Shown here: piece after piece, positions 9,125-19,117 of the stretch
Position numbering within the stretch: the stretch's first letter is position 1
Layout: every line of letters begins with the position of its first letter
Assembly (NCBI GenBank): GCA_965204755.1
Contig: OZ242011.1
Coordinates: 2,164,975 to 2,228,974 of the forward strand
Direction: 5' to 3'
DNA: 64,000 nucleotides
From: Candidatus Marinacidobacterium sp.
GTDB taxonomy: Bacteria > Acidobacteriota > Vicinamibacteria > Marinacidobacterales > Marinacidobacteraceae
Made by a program: the position numbers and the translations under genes
The notes under the pieces: generated by a model
Database searches by the model: none
What the model saw: the letters and a program-made list of their open reading frames with translations, nothing else
Told to the model about the DNA's origin: nothing

Positions 9125-10408
9125 ATGCGGGTGCTGCTCGTCGGCGGGGGCGGTCGGGAACACGCCCTCGCCTGGGCGATTGCGAAGAGCCCCGACCTCA
9201 CTGAGTTGATCGCCGCCCCGGGCAACCCCGGGATCGGGCGGCTGGCCCGGCTCGCGCCGGTGTCCGCCGAGGACACCGAAGGCGTCGCGGCCCTGGCGGC
9301 GAGCGAGCGGGCGGACCTGGTCGTCGTCGGCCCGGAAGCGCCGCTCGCCGGCGGGCTCGGCGACCGGCTCGCCGAACGGGGGATCCCCTGCTTCGGCCCG
9401 CGCCGGGACGCGGCGCTCCTCGAATCCTCCAAGGCGTTCGCCAAGGACTTCTGCGCCCGCCACCGCATCCCCACCGGCCGGCACACGGTCGTCCGGGATC
9501 CGGAGTCCGCCCGGCTGGCCGTCGCCTCCGGCGAGTTGGGCGAACGGCCGGTGGTGAAGGCGAGCGGGCTGGCGGCGGGCAAGGGGGTCTTCCTCCCGGA
9601 GAGTGACGACGAAGCGGTGGCGGCGGCGGAACGCCTGCTCGGCGGGAGTCTGGGGGAGGCCGGGGCGGAAGTCGTGCTCGAAGAGCGCCTCTCCGGGCCG
9701 GAGGTCAGCGTGTTCGCGCTCACCGACGGGAAGACGACGGCGGTCTGCGGGACGGCGCAGGACTACAAGCGGCGGTTCGAGGGCGACGAAGGCCCGAACA
9801 CCGGGGGGATGGGCTGCGTGAGCCCGTCGCCGCGCGCCGGGGCGGGGCTCCTCTCGCGGATCGGCCGCGAGGTCGTCGAGCCGACCGTCGCTGGCCTCGC
9901 CGCCGAAGGCCGGCCCTACCGGGGCGTGCTCTACGCCGGGCTGATGCTGACCCCGGACGGCCCGAAGGTGCTGGAGTTCAACATCCGCTTCGGCGATCCC
10001 GAGGCGCAGGGGCTCCTCCCGCGGCTGGACTCCGACCTGCTGCCGCTGCTCCACGGCGCCGCCGCCGGCGGGCTGCCGGCGGAGGAAGTCCGCTTCCGCC
10101 CGGAAAGCGCGGTCACCGTGGTGCTGGCGTCGGAGGGGTACCCCGGCGCCTACGCGAAGGGCCGGCCCATCCGCGGCTTGCCGGAGGGCGTCGAGGACGG
10201 CGCCGGCGGGCTGGTCTTCCACGCCGGGACCCGCGCCGAGGAGGGCGGCGTGGTAACCGCCGGGGGCCGGGTCGCCGCGGTGACCGGGCTCGGCGCCGAC
10301 CCCGCGGCCGCCCGCCGCGCCGCCTACGCCGCCGCCGACCGGATCGAGTGGGAAGGCCGCGTCCTCCGCCGCGACATCGCCGCCGCCGTTCCTTCCGACT
10401 CCGCGTAG
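9125..10408 (+). CDS. purD: Phosphoribosylamine-glycine ligase
   Basis: MRVLLVGGGGREHALAWA N-terminus, ATP-grasp body, typical 427-aa length. Confidence 0.95.
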   Translation: MRVLLVGGGGREHALAWAIAKSPDLTELIAAPGNPGIGRLARLAPVSAEDTEGVAALAASERADLVVVGPEAPLAGGLGDRLAERGIPCFGPRRDAALLESSKAFAKDFCARHRIPTGRHTVVRDPESARLAVASGELGERPVVKASGLAAGKGVFLPESDDEAVAAAERLLGGSLGEAGAEVVLEERLSGPEVSVFALTDGKTTAVCGTAQDYKRRFEGDEGPNTGGMGCVSPSPRAGAGLLSRIGREVVEPTVAGLAAEGRPYRGVLYAGLMLTPDGPKVLEFNIRFGDPEAQGLLPRLDSDLLPLLHGAAAGGLPAEEVRFRPESAVTVVLASEGYPGAYAKGRPIRGLPEGVEDGAGGLVFHAGTRAEEGGVVTAGGRVAAVTGLGADPAAARRAAYAAADRIEWEGRVLRRDIAAAVPSDSA

Positions 10409-10470
10409 TCCCGGATCGGGCCGATTCCCCCCAGCCCCGACCCCGAATCCCCCAGCAAGGAGATCCCCTC

Positions 10471-10980
10471 ATGAGTTCCCCAACCCGCCCCCGAGTGCTG
10501 ATCGTCATGGGCAGTCCCTCGGACACCGAAGTGATGCGCGAGGCGAAGAAGGTCCTCGAGTCGCTCGGCGTGTCCTGCCGGATGGGCGTCTATTCGGCGC
10601 ACCGGACGCCGGAGCGCGCCGCCGCGCTCGCCGCTTCGGCGCGGGAGAACGGCGTCCGGGCGATCATCGCCGGCGCCGGCGCCGCCGCGCACCTCGCGGG
10701 GGCCCTGGCCGCCCGCACCACGATCCCGGTGATCGGCGTCCCGCTCGCGGCGACCCCGCTCGCCGGTCTCGACGCGCTGCTGGCCACGGTGCAGATGCCC
10801 GGCGGGTTCCCGGTGGGCACGATGGCCATCGGCAAGCCGGGGGCGCAGAACGCCGGGTTCTACGCGGCGCAGATCGTGGCCCTCGAGGACGCGCAGGTGG
10901 CGGAGAACATCGCCGCCTGGCGCCGGGCGAAGGCCGCCGCCGCCGAAGCCGCTTCGGACGAACTCGAAGCCGAGGACTGA
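10471..10980 (+). CDS. purE: N5-carboxyaminoimidazole ribonucleotide mutase
   Basis: ATG 10471 preceded by AAGGAG. Motifs [22 protein letters not shown]. Confidence 0.9.
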   Translation: MSSPTRPRVLIVMGSPSDTEVMREAKKVLESLGVSCRMGVYSAHRTPERAAALAASARENGVRAIIAGAGAAAHLAGALAARTTIPVIGVPLAATPLAGLDALLATVQMPGGFPVGTMAIGKPGAQNAGFYAAQIVALEDAQVAENIAAWRRAKAAAAEAASDELEAED

Positions 10981-11003
10981 CCGCCCGGCCGCCGGTCAGC
11001 CGG

Positions 11004-12221
11004 TCAGGCGGTCGCGGGCGACCGGCGGGAGGCGACGAGTTGCCCGCAGGCGGCGAGGACCTCGGCGCCCCGGCTGCGACGGAGCGTCGCCGGGAGTCCG
11101 GCGGCGGCGAGCGCCGCGAGGAAGCGTTCGGCGTCCCGCTCGGTTCCCCGCCGGTGGGGCGCGCCCGGCGCCGGGTCGCTCCAGGGGTTGAACGGGATCA
11201 GGTTCACCCGGAGGTCGAGGCCGGCCGCCGTGAGCCGGCGGAGTTCGGCGGACAGCGCGGCGGCGTCGGCCTCGCGGTCGTTCTCTCCGCCGAGCAGGAC
11301 ATATTCGACGGTGACGCGGCGGCGCGGCGCGGCGGAGAGGCCGCGCAGCGCGGCGAACACCGCCTCCATCGGGTGTTTGCGGTTGATCGGGAGGAAGCGG
11401 TCGCGCGTGGCGTCGTCGCCGGCGTGGAGGCTCACCGCCAGGCCGACTTCCGGCGCTTCCCGGCCCAGCCGGGCGATGCCCTCCGGGAGGCCGACGGTGG
11501 AGACGGTGATGCGGCGGGGAGGGATGGCCAGGCCGTCCGGGTGGGTGAGCAACTCCAGCGAGGCGAGCACGCCGTCGGTGTTCAGCAGCGGCTCGCCCAT
11601 CCCCATGAAGACCACATTGCGCCGCCCGCCGCCGGCGCCCCGGGCGCGGGCCGCCGCCTCCGCCAGCATCACTTGGCCGGCGATCTCGCCCGCCGTCAGG
11701 TTGCGGGCGAAGGGGACGGTCCCGGAACGGCAGAAGGTGCAGGCCAGCGGGCAACCCACCTGGGTGGAGACGCAGACGGTGAGGTCGGTCGGGGTTCCTC
11801 CGGCGCCGTCCGCCCCGGAGGGAACCGCCGGAGACTCGCCGGAGGGCCGGGGCGCGAAGGCCCGGCCGGCGCGGCCGCCGCTCTCGCCCCGGCGGTTCAG
11901 GATGGCTACCGCCTCCACCTCGTAGCCGTCCTCGAGCAGGACGCCGAGTTTGGCGGTCCCGTCGCCCGAGTCCCCGGTCGCCGCCGGCCGGGGCCGGGCG
12001 ATCCGGTACTTCGCGGCGAGGAGGGCGCGGAAGTCGGTCGGCAGGTCGGTCAGTTCCTCGAACCGGTCGGCGCGCCGCCGGTACAGGTGGCGGAACAACT
12101 GCCGCCCGCGGTACGCCGGGTGTCCGTGCTCCTCCGCCAGCCGCTCCAGTTGGCGACGGGAACGCCCGAAGAGGTTTTCCGGGGCGGACGGAGCGGCCGT
12201 CGCCCGGCCGCCGGCGGTCAC
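11004..12221 (-). CDS. rlmN: 23S rRNA/tRNA adenine-C2 methyltransferase, radical SAM
   Basis: Radical-SAM motif [12 protein letters not shown], plus GMGEPLLN and the C-terminal CGQL. Proposed GTG start at 12221 overlaps the tyrS stop (GTGA). The longer track ORF runs through tyrS. Confidence 0.85.
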   Translation of the reverse strand: MTAGGRATAAPSAPENLFGRSRRQLERLAEEHGHPAYRGRQLFRHLYRRRADRFEELTDLPTDFRALLAAKYRIARPRPAATGDSGDGTAKLGVLLEDGYEVEAVAILNRRGESGGRAGRAFAPRPSGESPAVPSGADGAGGTPTDLTVCVSTQVGCPLACTFCRSGTVPFARNLTAGEIAGQVMLAEAAARARGAGGGRRNVVFMGMGEPLLNTDGVLASLELLTHPDGLAIPPRRITVSTVGLPEGIARLGREAPEVGLAVSLHAGDDATRDRFLPINRKHPMEAVFAALRGLSAAPRRRVTVEYVLLGGENDREADAAALSAELRRLTAAGLDLRVNLIPFNPWSDPAPGAPHRRGTERDAERFLAALAAAGLPATLRRSRGAEVLAACGQLVASRRSPATA

Positions 12222-13438
12222 TTCCGGGGCAGGACCCGCAGGAACCGGCGCTTCCCCACGCGCAGGACCGCCCCCCCGTCGGGGAGGACGACCGGCTCCT
12301 TCCAGGAGGTGATGGTTCGCCCGTCGAGTGACACCGCGTTGTTGTCCACCAGGCGGCGTCCTTCGGAGCGGCTCTTCGCGAACCCGGACCCGGTGAGCAG
12401 GTCGAGCACGCCCGCGGGCGAGTCCACGCGCAGCGCCGGCAGGTCTTCCGGCGCCTCCCGCCGGACGAAGACCGCCTCGAACCGGTCGCGCGCTTCGGCC
12501 GCCTCGGCCCCGGAGTGGAAGCCGGAGACGATCTCGACGGCGAGCGCCTGCTTCGCCTCGCGGGGATGGACTTCGCCGGACTCGATCCCGGCGGCGAGCG
12601 CGCGGACCTCCGCCGGCGTGCGGTCGGTCAGCAACTCCGCGTAGCGCAGCATCACCTCGTCGCTGACGGACATCAACTTCCCGAACATCTCGCCGGGGGG
12701 ATCGGTGACCCCCACCGCGTTGCCCAGCGTCTTGGACATCTTCTCCACGCCGTTCAGCCCTTCCAGGAGCGGCATGGTCAGCGCGACCTGGGGGGTCAGC
12801 CCGTATTCGCGCATGATGTGGCGGCCGACCAGCAGGTTGAACAACTGGTCGGCGCCGCCGAGTTCGAAGTCGGCCTTCGTCCATACCGAGTCGTAGGCCT
12901 GCGCCAGCGGATAGAGGAACTCGTGGATCGAGATCGGCCGGTTGCCGCGGAACCGGCGCTCGAAGTCGTCCCGCTCCAGCATCCGGGCGACGGTGTAGCG
13001 GGAAGCGAGCCGGATCAGCCCCTCGCTGCCGAGTTCGGAGAGCCACGAACTGTTGAACGCCACCTTGGTCCGCTCCGGGTCGAGGATCCGGAACACCTGC
13101 TCCCGGTAGGTGCGGGCGTTCTCCTCGATCTGCTCGCGGGTGAGTTGGGGGCGCGTCCGGGAGCGGCCGCTGGGGTCGCCGATGAGACCGGTGAAGTCGC
13201 CGATCACGAACCAGACCTCGTGCCCGAGATCCTGGAAGTGCTTCATCTTCCGCATGACCACGGTGTGGCCGAGATGCAGGTCGGGCGCGGAGGGGTCGAA
13301 ACCCACCTTCACCCGCAGCGGTTCGCCGGACTCGGCGGACCGGCGCACCCGTCCGGCGAGTTCGCCGGCGGGCTCGATGCGGTCGGCGCCCTTCTCCAGG
13401 TAGGCGATCTGCTCCTCGACGGGAGCGGAGCCGTCCAT
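12218..13438 (-). CDS. tyrS: Tyrosine-tRNA ligase
   Basis: HIGH motif HLGH, KMSKS motif KMSKT, C-terminal S4-like domain. ATG 13438 shares one nt with the purN stop (TGATG). Confidence 0.9.
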   Translation of the reverse strand: MDGSAPVEEQIAYLEKGADRIEPAGELAGRVRRSAESGEPLRVKVGFDPSAPDLHLGHTVVMRKMKHFQDLGHEVWFVIGDFTGLIGDPSGRSRTRPQLTREQIEENARTYREQVFRILDPERTKVAFNSSWLSELGSEGLIRLASRYTVARMLERDDFERRFRGNRPISIHEFLYPLAQAYDSVWTKADFELGGADQLFNLLVGRHIMREYGLTPQVALTMPLLEGLNGVEKMSKTLGNAVGVTDPPGEMFGKLMSVSDEVMLRYAELLTDRTPAEVRALAAGIESGEVHPREAKQALAVEIVSGFHSGAEAAEARDRFEAVFVRREAPEDLPALRVDSPAGVLDLLTGSGFAKSRSEGRRLVDNNAVSLDGRTITSWKEPVVLPDGGAVLRVGKRRFLRVLPRK

Positions 13439-14109
13439 CAGTCCGGGGCGCGCCGGGTCACGCGCCGCCCCTCGATCCAATACCCGCCCCGGCGCAGCCG
13501 CCGCACCGCTTCCGGCAGGAGGCGGTGTTCCACCTCCCGCACCCGGTCGGCCAGGGTGTCCGGCGTGTCGTCGTCCTCGACCGGGACGCTGCCCTGGAGC
13601 AGGATCGGCCCGTGGTCGAGGTATTCGTCCACCAGGTGGACGGTGGCGCCGCTGACCTTGACGCCCCGGTCGAGGGCTTGGTGGTGCGCCCTCAGGCCGG
13701 GGAACGCCGGGAGGAGCGACGGGTGGATGTTGAGCACCCGGTCGGGGAAGGCGCGGGTCACCACCGGGGAGACGATGCGCATGAACCCGGCGAGGCAGAC
13801 CAGGTCCACCCGGTGGCGGCGGAGCGCCTCCACCACCGCCCGGTCGAAGGATTCCCGGTCGGGGAACGCCCGGTGGGGGATCACCTCGGTGGGCACGCCG
13901 GCGTCCTTCGCCCGCTGCACCCCCGGCGCTTTCGCCCGGTTGCTGATGACGACGACCGGCTCGGCGTCGAGCGAGCCCTCCCGCGCCGCTTCGAGCAGCC
14001 GCATCATGTTCGTGCCCTGGCCGGAGATCAGGATGCCCAGCCGGGGGCCGGGAACCGGGAGCGCTTCGTCCCGGTGCGGGTGCTCGTGCGGCGGGAGTTC
14101 GTAACTCAC
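13438..14109 (-). CDS. purN: Phosphoribosylglycinamide formyltransferase
   Basis: LISGQGTN, NIHPSLLP, GATVHLVDE. The GTG start overlaps the purM stop (GTGA). Confidence 0.9.
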   Translation of the reverse strand: MSYELPPHEHPHRDEALPVPGPRLGILISGQGTNMMRLLEAAREGSLDAEPVVVISNRAKAPGVQRAKDAGVPTEVIPHRAFPDRESFDRAVVEALRRHRVDLVCLAGFMRIVSPVVTRAFPDRVLNIHPSLLPAFPGLRAHHQALDRGVKVSGATVHLVDEYLDHGPILLQGSVPVEDDDTPDTLADRVREVEHRLLPEAVRRLRRGGYWIEGRRVTRRAPD

Positions 14110-15281
14110 CGGAGGGCTCCCCGGAAGCGCGCGCCCGGCGGGCCGGCGCTCGCGACGACTTCGCCGAGCGGCCAGGCTCCCGGCAGTCGTCGGAGCGCCT
14201 CGTCCCGTTCGGCGGCGGGGACGACGACGACCAGGCCCACGCCGCAGTTGAAAGCGCGCAGCATCTCGTCGGCGGCGATCCCCCCGGCTTCGGCGAGCAG
14301 GCGGAAGAGCGGCGGGAGGCGCCAGGAGTCGAGGTCCACTTCCGCCGAACAGCCGTCGGGCAGCACCCGCGGCAGGTTGCCGGGGAGGCCGCCGCCGGTG
14401 ATGTGGGCCAGGGCGGAGACGAGGCTGTCCCGCAGGAGCGGCCGGACTTCCGGCAGGTAGCAGCGGTGGCGGGCGAGGAGCGCGTCGGCGGCGGACGCGT
14501 CCATCCCGGGCAGCCGATCGGAGACGGTGAGCCCCAGCCGGTCTTCGAGGACGGCGCGGGCCAGGGAGTAGCCGTTCGTGTGGAGCCCGTTCGAGGGAAG
14601 CGCGAGCAGCGCGTCCCCGGGTCGGACGCGGCTTCCGTCCACGATCCGGTCGCGCTCGACGGCGCCGACGATCGTCCCGGCGACCTCGTAGTCCCCGGCG
14701 GGGTAGAAGCCGGGCATCTCCGCGGTCTCGCCGCCGAGGAGCGCGGCGCCGAACTCCCGGCAGGCCTCGGCCATCCCGCGCACCAGCCCTTCCACGGCGT
14801 CCTCGTCGAGCGACCCCATGGCGATGTAGTCGAGGAAGAAGAGCGGCTCCGCGCCCTGCACCAGGATGTCGTTCACGCAGTGGGACACGAGGTCGTAGCC
14901 GGGCACTTCGTGCCGCCCGGCCTGCCGCGCCAGCCGCAGTTTCGTCCCCACGCCGTCGGTGGAGGCGACGAGCACCGGATCCCGGAACCGGGCCGCGTCG
15001 AACCGGAAGAGCCCGCCGAAGTGCCCGATCTCCCCCAGCACCGCCGCGCCGTGCGTCCCCTGAACCAGCGGCCGAATCCGGTCGAGCGCCCGGTCGGCGG
15101 CGGCGATGTTCACGCCGGCCGCCCGGTAGTCGAGGGCAGGCGCGGAGGGCTCGGCGGACACGGTGCGCGGATTATCGCCGGCACCGGTTCCCACACCGTC
15201 CCGCCCAGCGGGGTCGGCCCGGAGGCTTACGGCCGACCGCGACTCTGGCGAACCGCTCGCCGTTCCCTTTTCGGGGCCCAA
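14106..15281 (-). CDS. purM: Phosphoribosylformylglycinamidine cyclo-ligase (AIR synthetase)
   Basis: YRAAGVNI, VASTDGVGTKL, ITGGG. The track start is TTG 15281. GTG 15161 would give the usual ~351 aa, so the start is uncertain. Confidence 0.9.
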   Translation of the reverse strand: MGPEKGTASGSPESRSAVSLRADPAGRDGVGTGAGDNPRTVSAEPSAPALDYRAAGVNIAAADRALDRIRPLVQGTHGAAVLGEIGHFGGLFRFDAARFRDPVLVASTDGVGTKLRLARQAGRHEVPGYDLVSHCVNDILVQGAEPLFFLDYIAMGSLDEDAVEGLVRGMAEACREFGAALLGGETAEMPGFYPAGDYEVAGTIVGAVERDRIVDGSRVRPGDALLALPSNGLHTNGYSLARAVLEDRLGLTVSDRLPGMDASAADALLARHRCYLPEVRPLLRDSLVSALAHITGGGLPGNLPRVLPDGCSAEVDLDSWRLPPLFRLLAEAGGIAADEMLRAFNCGVGLVVVVPAAERDEALRRLPGAWPLGEVVASAGPPGARFRGALR

Positions 15282-15313
15282 CAGGTACTATCTTCTAGCG
15301 TCTCACCGACCGG

Positions 15314-16621
15314 ATGGCTCGTCTTCCCGGCTTCCCTAGGCCGCCGACCCCCGCCGTTCCCGTCCGCGGCCCCGGCCGGCTTGGACGACCGCTCCGCGCC
15401 CCTCGGTCCAGAGGAGAACAGTTGGCCGGCATCTTTTCCGGGCCGACTTGCGAATGGCTCCGTGCGACCGATGTGCGGTCTCGGAAGGCGCTCGGGCAAT
15501 ACATGACGCCCCGGGCGCTGCGCGAGCGGCTACTCGACCAGTGCGACCTCTGGCCGGGCATTCGCGTGCTCGATCCGGGTGTAGGCACGGGGGAGTTCCT
15601 CGCCTCCGTGCTCGAGCGGCAACCGGATGCCCGCACTTCCGGCTGGGATGTAGACACGGACATCCTCTCAGTCGCTCGTAAGGTTGTTCCCGACGCCCAC
15701 CTCGAACGGCGATCCGCCCTCGATTCCTGGGACGGAACACCATTCGACTTGGTCGTAGGGAACCCTCCGTACTTTCAGTTTCGTGCGGACACCCAAACCA
15801 GGCGTCGTTTTCGTAAAGTGATCTCCGGGCGAGTCAACATCTTCTCCCTGTTCTTCCAGATCGGCATCGAAGTTCTGCAACCCGGGGGTCAACTCGCTTT
15901 CGTCGTCCCGCCGTCAATGAACAGCGGGGCGTACTTCGATCGCCTGCGCATGTTCCTCGCACATCGGGCAGATGTGGAATTCCTGAAAGTCCACACCGCA
16001 CATGACTTGTTCGATGGCGCCCACACAGCGGTGCAACTCATCGTCCTACGAGTCGGGTCCCAATCTTCAACGAATCGCCATGTTGCGATCTTTCGCGACG
16101 AACGGAGCGGCTTTAGGCGGACGGTCTTCTGCGAAGATGCGGACGCGTTACGCCGACGCCAGACGAAGGGCAGGACGCTCTTCGAACTCGGTTACAAGGC
16201 TGCTACGGGCACCATCGTGTGGAACCAGCACCGCCACGCTCTGCGACATGAGTCTAACGGCGCTACGGTCCGTCTTATCTGGTCGCACAACATCGAAAAC
16301 GAACTCAACTTCAACGCTCATCGGCGTAAGCCTCCGTTCATCGAGACTTCGAAGAGGATTCATGGCCCGGCCATCGTCGTGAATCGCATTACCGGTGCAG
16401 TTGGTCGGGCAGAACTCCGCTGTGCGCTCGTACGCGACGAGGTTTTCGTCGCGGAGAACCATGTCAATGTAATCCGTCCGCATGGTCTCTTTGAACCCCT
16501 GCTGGAATGGGAGCATCTGTTGGAATCTCTCCGCCACCCCGATGTTGCCGACCACGTGCGACTGATAACGGGTAATACTCAGATTTCTGCTACCGAATTG
16601 ACTCATATGCTTCGCGTCTGA
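15314..16621 (+). CDS. Gamma-class (Eco57I/TaqI-like) N6-adenine DNA methyltransferase
   Basis: GQYMTPRAL, AdoMet motif LDPGVGTGEF, catalytic VVGNPPY, followed by a ~250-aa variable (target recognition) region. GC falls from about 15650 onwards. Confidence 0.85.
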   Translation: MARLPGFPRPPTPAVPVRGPGRLGRPLRAPRSRGEQLAGIFSGPTCEWLRATDVRSRKALGQYMTPRALRERLLDQCDLWPGIRVLDPGVGTGEFLASVLERQPDARTSGWDVDTDILSVARKVVPDAHLERRSALDSWDGTPFDLVVGNPPYFQFRADTQTRRRFRKVISGRVNIFSLFFQIGIEVLQPGGQLAFVVPPSMNSGAYFDRLRMFLAHRADVEFLKVHTAHDLFDGAHTAVQLIVLRVGSQSSTNRHVAIFRDERSGFRRTVFCEDADALRRRQTKGRTLFELGYKAATGTIVWNQHRHALRHESNGATVRLIWSHNIENELNFNAHRRKPPFIETSKRIHGPAIVVNRITGAVGRAELRCALVRDEVFVAENHVNVIRPHGLFEPLLEWEHLLESLRHPDVADHVRLITGNTQISATELTHMLRV

Positions 16622-16625
16622 GTTT

Positions 16626-17528
16626 CTACTGTGAGTGTGATCGATCCACTCCGATCCATATGTGAAAACATGCAGTCCGAACCCAATTCGCGGCGGGCAC
16701 GACTTCGCCGCCGGGGGCTCGCCAAGAATTCTTGTAGTGCGGATAGATTTTCGCTGTCCGTCCCGAGTGTTCTCCCCTGAGCATCACGGTAAGCCTCGGC
16801 GGTGAAGAGGAGGCGTCGGGGTGCGAAAGAGTGACTGACTCGACGAGAATCTGTTCGGTGTCTTGGAAACTGTGTTCTTCCTTCCTCCATCCGACTTTCA
16901 GGTCGGCATGAAAGATCGTCGGCGCAGCGCCGATGACATCGTCGGCAGTCTCCAGCCGTTCGATGACAGCCTTCGTAGTTATCCCGCGCGCTACGCAGCG
17001 AATGTAGTGTTGAAGGCGAGCCGGTGCGGGCTCTCCGGGAGTTAGGTGTCGTCGAAAATAGTCTCGCGCGCGACTCATCGTCTCCTGCTTCGATCGGTCA
17101 ACCTCGTCGTAGTCGCCGTTCAGGTAAGCCCTCTGCCGGTCCTTCATCGTGGCGCTCATGATCGCCTTCAGTTCCAAACTGGAATCACTCAGAGCCCATG
17201 CGATCGATGAGAGTCCGGGGTTCCCGTCCGTCACCGGTCCGCCTGATTTCAACTCAACGGTTTGTCCGGTGGACGGTATCCGCAGATCCGAGCCCCAGAG
17301 GTTGTTCTCGGAGGTCTCGAAGACTGCGGCGTCACCGTACCACTCACGAAGAAACCGTCGCCCACGATCTACCCACGCTTCCAGAGCCGTGTAGTTGAGG
17401 CTCCTGAACAGCGTGGGACGCTGGGGGTTCGGGATCAGAGACATCTCGCGGACGACTGTCGCGAGCGCTGCGGGCGTCGCGACCATGGACCGCCGGACCA
17501 GGCGCTCAAAGGAGTCGAAATTGGCCAT
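16626..17528 (-). CDS. Candidate type II restriction endonuclease, unclassified, with a PD-(D/E)xK-like motif
   Basis: Convergent with the methyltransferase (4-nt gap) and in the same low-GC segment. GSD-x10-ELK fits D...ExK. Start taken at ATG 17528 (MANFDSF...). The track ORF extends to 17693 and would overlap the next gene. Confidence 0.5.
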   Translation of the reverse strand: MANFDSFERLVRRSMVATPAALATVVREMSLIPNPQRPTLFRSLNYTALEAWVDRGRRFLREWYGDAAVFETSENNLWGSDLRIPSTGQTVELKSGGPVTDGNPGLSSIAWALSDSSLELKAIMSATMKDRQRAYLNGDYDEVDRSKQETMSRARDYFRRHLTPGEPAPARLQHYIRCVARGITTKAVIERLETADDVIGAAPTIFHADLKVGWRKEEHSFQDTEQILVESVTLSHPDASSSPPRLTVMLRGEHSGRTAKIYPHYKNSWRAPGGEVVPAANWVRTACFHIWIGVDRSHSQ

Positions 17529-17649
17529 GGAAGTCGCGCCGAGCGCTGCGTCCCCAGTGTACCGGATGCCGGCCCCGGAGATGAGCACCAGAAAGCGGGC
17601 TCGTTCCGGTTGGTATCCTTGACCCTTCTGTTTTCTGTCGGAGGCCCCA

Positions 17650-19104
17650 ATGCGCACTGTGCCCTTTCTGCTCGCGTTCTCCGCGAGCGTCACCGTTTCG
17701 GCTTACGCCCAGGATCACCCCAAACTCCAGAAGGACTTTCCCGCGGAGGAGTTCGTGGAGCGCCGCGCGCGGGTCATGGAGGCGATCGGGGAGGACGCGA
17801 TCGCCATCGTCCAGGGCGCGCCGGCGGCGCCGGGGTTCGTCGTCTTCCGCCAGTCGAACGAGTTCTACTACCTCACCGGGATCGAGGTCCCGCATTCCTA
17901 CCTGCTCATGGACGGCCGGCAGCGGCGGTCGCTCCTGTTCCTGCCCCGGCGGGATCCGCGGAAGGAGCGCGGGGAAGGCCGGATGCTCTCCGCCGAGGAC
18001 GAAGAGGAAGCCGTCGCGGCCACGGGAGTGGACGCCGTGTTCGCGATCGACCAGTTGGCCCGCCAGTTGTACGGCTTCGCGCTGCGGCCGCCGTCGCCGA
18101 CGGTCCATACCTTCCTGAGCCCCGCCGAAGAACGCCAGCAGAGCCGGGACGAGAACCTGATCGGCCACGCGCAAAGGGTCTCCGACCCGTGGGACGGCCG
18201 CGCTTCGCGGGAAGGGGCGTTCGTCGGCCACCTGCGCGCCCGGTACCCGCAGTTCGAAATCGCCGACCTGACGCCGATCGTGGACGCCATGCGCCTCCAC
18301 AAGTCGCCGCGGGAGATCGCGCTGGTGCGGCGGGCGAGCGAACTCGCCGGGCTCGGCATCATGGAGGCGATGCGCTCCACCGAGCCGGGGCTCCACGAGT
18401 ACCAACTCGACGCGGCGGCGCGTTACATCTACCTCATCAACGGCGCGCAGGGCGAGGGGTACCGCTCCATCACCGCCACCGGGACGAACGCCTACTACGG
18501 GCACTACTACCGGAACGACGCGGAACTGAAGGACGGGGAGTTGATCCTGATGGATCACGCTCCCGACTACCGCTACTACACGAGCGACATCGCGCGGATG
18601 TGGCCGGTGAACGGCGTGTTCGACCCCGACCAGCGGAAACTCTACGGGTTCATCGTGCGATACGCCGAAGCCTTGATGCGCCGCCTGGGGCCGGGCGTTA
18701 CCCCGGACCAGGTGCTCGACGGCGCCGCCGAAGAGATGGCGCCGGTCGTCGAGGAGATGGGGTTCACGAACCCGCTGCACGAACAGGCGGCGCGGGAAGC
18801 GCTCTCCTTCCGGGGCCACCTCTCCCACCCGGTCGGCCTCGCCGTCCACGATGTGGGGAGTTACCGCGGCCGCCCGATGGAGGCCGGCCTGGTGTTCGCC
18901 TTGGACCCGATGCTCTGGGTCCACGAGGAGCGGCTCTATGTGCGCATGGAGGATGTGGTGGCGATCACCGAGAACGGCGTCGAGAACTTCACCGACTTCA
19001 TGCCCCGCACTGTAGAAGAGATCGAGGCCTTCCTCCGCGAGGACGGCGCCCTGCAGCGCACGCCCCCCATGCCCGGAACGCCCCCGCCGCCCCCCGGCCG
19101 GTAG
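17650..19104 (+). CDS. Secreted M24-family Xaa-Pro aminopeptidase
   Basis: Signal peptide MRTVPFLLAFSASVTVSAYA, creatinase/prolidase N-domain, M24 pita-bread core (MDHAPDYRYYTSDIARMWP, SHPVGLAVHD). GGAGG lies upstream of the ATG. Confidence 0.85.
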   Translation: MRTVPFLLAFSASVTVSAYAQDHPKLQKDFPAEEFVERRARVMEAIGEDAIAIVQGAPAAPGFVVFRQSNEFYYLTGIEVPHSYLLMDGRQRRSLLFLPRRDPRKERGEGRMLSAEDEEEAVAATGVDAVFAIDQLARQLYGFALRPPSPTVHTFLSPAEERQQSRDENLIGHAQRVSDPWDGRASREGAFVGHLRARYPQFEIADLTPIVDAMRLHKSPREIALVRRASELAGLGIMEAMRSTEPGLHEYQLDAAARYIYLINGAQGEGYRSITATGTNAYYGHYYRNDAELKDGELILMDHAPDYRYYTSDIARMWPVNGVFDPDQRKLYGFIVRYAEALMRRLGPGVTPDQVLDGAAEEMAPVVEEMGFTNPLHEQAAREALSFRGHLSHPVGLAVHDVGSYRGRPMEAGLVFALDPMLWVHEERLYVRMEDVVAITENGVENFTDFMPRTVEEIEAFLREDGALQRTPPMPGTPPPPPGR

Positions 19105-19117
19105 CGCTTCGGCAGCC

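Noticed and set aside
6620-9204. Long antisense ORFs 6620..8620 (-) and 6697..9204 (+) over the DUF885/lipoprotein region
   Set aside because: They have Arg/Gly/Pro-dominated composition and no motifs, and they overlap the DUF885 gene (HEGVPGHH) and rpsU, which are clearly real.
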